This document shows positions 62,651-64,000 of a stretch of DNA of 64,000 nt, one piece after another (the stretch's first letter is position 1; each line of letters begins with the position of its first letter). This stretch comes from Callorhinchus milii (taxonomy: Eukaryota), in the NCBI RefSeq assembly GCF_018977255.1, contig NW_024704744.1, forward strand, positions 17,732,001-17,796,000, given 5' to 3'. Below the pieces are notes generated by a model. It had not been told where the DNA came from and made no database searches. It was given only the letters and a program-made list of their open reading frames with translations. Both the position numbers and the translations under genes were made by a program.

Positions 62651-64000
62651 TTATTTATTGTGATTGCACGGTAAGCTCTCATTACTAATTTCTATCATAC
62701 ATTCCCAAGCTCAAGAAAAACTCTCGAATTAGAACCCTATGGCATCAATGAATTGTGCCTCATTGTTTGGCACAGAAAAACTAGTCATCATTACATTATG
62801 AGGGAGCTGTAGTAGGCAATAAATGCTGTAAAAATAATACATAGCTGTATCATAAATACTTCACATTCTGGACAGTCCTGTGGTTGACTGCATCTAAAAA
62901 CATCCATGTTCCATCAGACAACTGTTTTAATACTGCTCAGTCGGATGTGTTAGCAGCCAATAAAACAGAGACAGGATGGACAAGACACAAATAGTGTCAG
63001 TTTTTGCTCCAAAATAAATATTTGACTTGCATGTCTGAAACGCACAGTATAAATGTCACCCAACTGTTTATTAGTTATTCCTCTGTAGTGTGAGGCAAAA
63101 TAAAGTCTGAAGATTTTGTGATAAAACATTATGCAAGAGACCATTGAGCTAAGATTAGAGAATAAGAAGTCACCTCAGAACAGAAACGAGAACCCATCAC
63201 AGAACATAACTATTCAAGACAAGTTTTGAATATATCTTTTTTTAAATTCAAAAAATATTCCTTTGTGCATTGCATAAAATCAGGCTGTTTCTGTCCTTCA
63301 AGCTGTCTGTGCTATTGCTCCCAAATCACTGTTGGGTTAACAAGGACTGTATATTAGGACTTGCTGTAACAAAATAGCATCATTTCCAGAAGGAAGTACT
63401 GACAAACACTCACGAAAGGAGGTGAGGATTGTTCCATGCACTGCCTTACAAATGGGAGTCCAAAGTGATGTTATTGCCATCGTATAAGAGATTGCCATAG
63501 CTCTGATGGAACATGCTTTCACATTTTCTGATGCCTGGGTGGATTGGGGGGGAAGAGTGGAAGTTGTTTCAGAATATGCCATTGGTTGAGATGTCATATC
63601 CATGTATTTAATTTACCACAAAGGCAAAGCTGGAGTTATCTACTTGGAGATGCTGTAAAAACTAAGCAATATAAATGCATATCTCTATTTTAACTGCAGC
63701 TGTGCAAGTTCCACCGAGCAAAAGTACAAGGTACAAAGTGGTCCCACCCCAAGGCTGAATAGATTATAGTGCACTGTTTAAGTCTTCGCTTATATGGTAT
63801 ACAATCTACAATAAAACTGTAATAAAGACAGGACTACCCAATAATTAGATCAGTTGAAGTGAAAGTAATTTTGCAATCTATTCAATGCCACAGAATATCT
63901 AATGCCTAACCCCTCAGCATGTAGATAATGAACTACAAATGAGGCATTTGATGTAAAACAAACCTGTTCTATAGAGTATTCCATAAAGAATAAAGCCCAA

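Noticed and set aside
1-64000. CRISPR arrays, operons or other prokaryotic systems
   Set aside because: No repeat-spacer periodicity or dense coding; the content is vertebrate repeat DNA

Overview
This is eukaryotic, AT-rich, repeat-dense intronic or intergenic DNA with no host gene I can recognise. The repeat set points to a cartilaginous fish, probably a chimaera such as Callorhinchus; this is inferred from remembered consensus sequences and unverified. The repeats are tRNA-Ala/Deu-domain SINEs with L2-type tails, older SacSINE1-like DeuSINEs, L2 and CR1 LINE fossils and Penelope ends. Every ORF in the track that I could assign comes from a LINE or SINE, and the rest look like chance ORFs. 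Highlights: (1) An unassigned ~600-bp poly(A)-tailed retroposon ('family X', about 10 copies or fragments). It has no tRNA head and has a 3' stem-loop, and one copy sits in a CR1 with a clean 7-bp TSD. (2) Two non-autonomous Helitrons with canonical A|TC...CTAG|T ends. (3) A decayed LF-SINE-like element. (4) A four-level nested insertion stack at 60.0-62.4 kb. (5) Covarying 3' stem-loops shared by SINE and L2 tails. (6) A pair of related nuclear-receptor/ETS motif modules, one with a perfect IR1. Boundaries of old repeats are approximate (about +/-20 bp).
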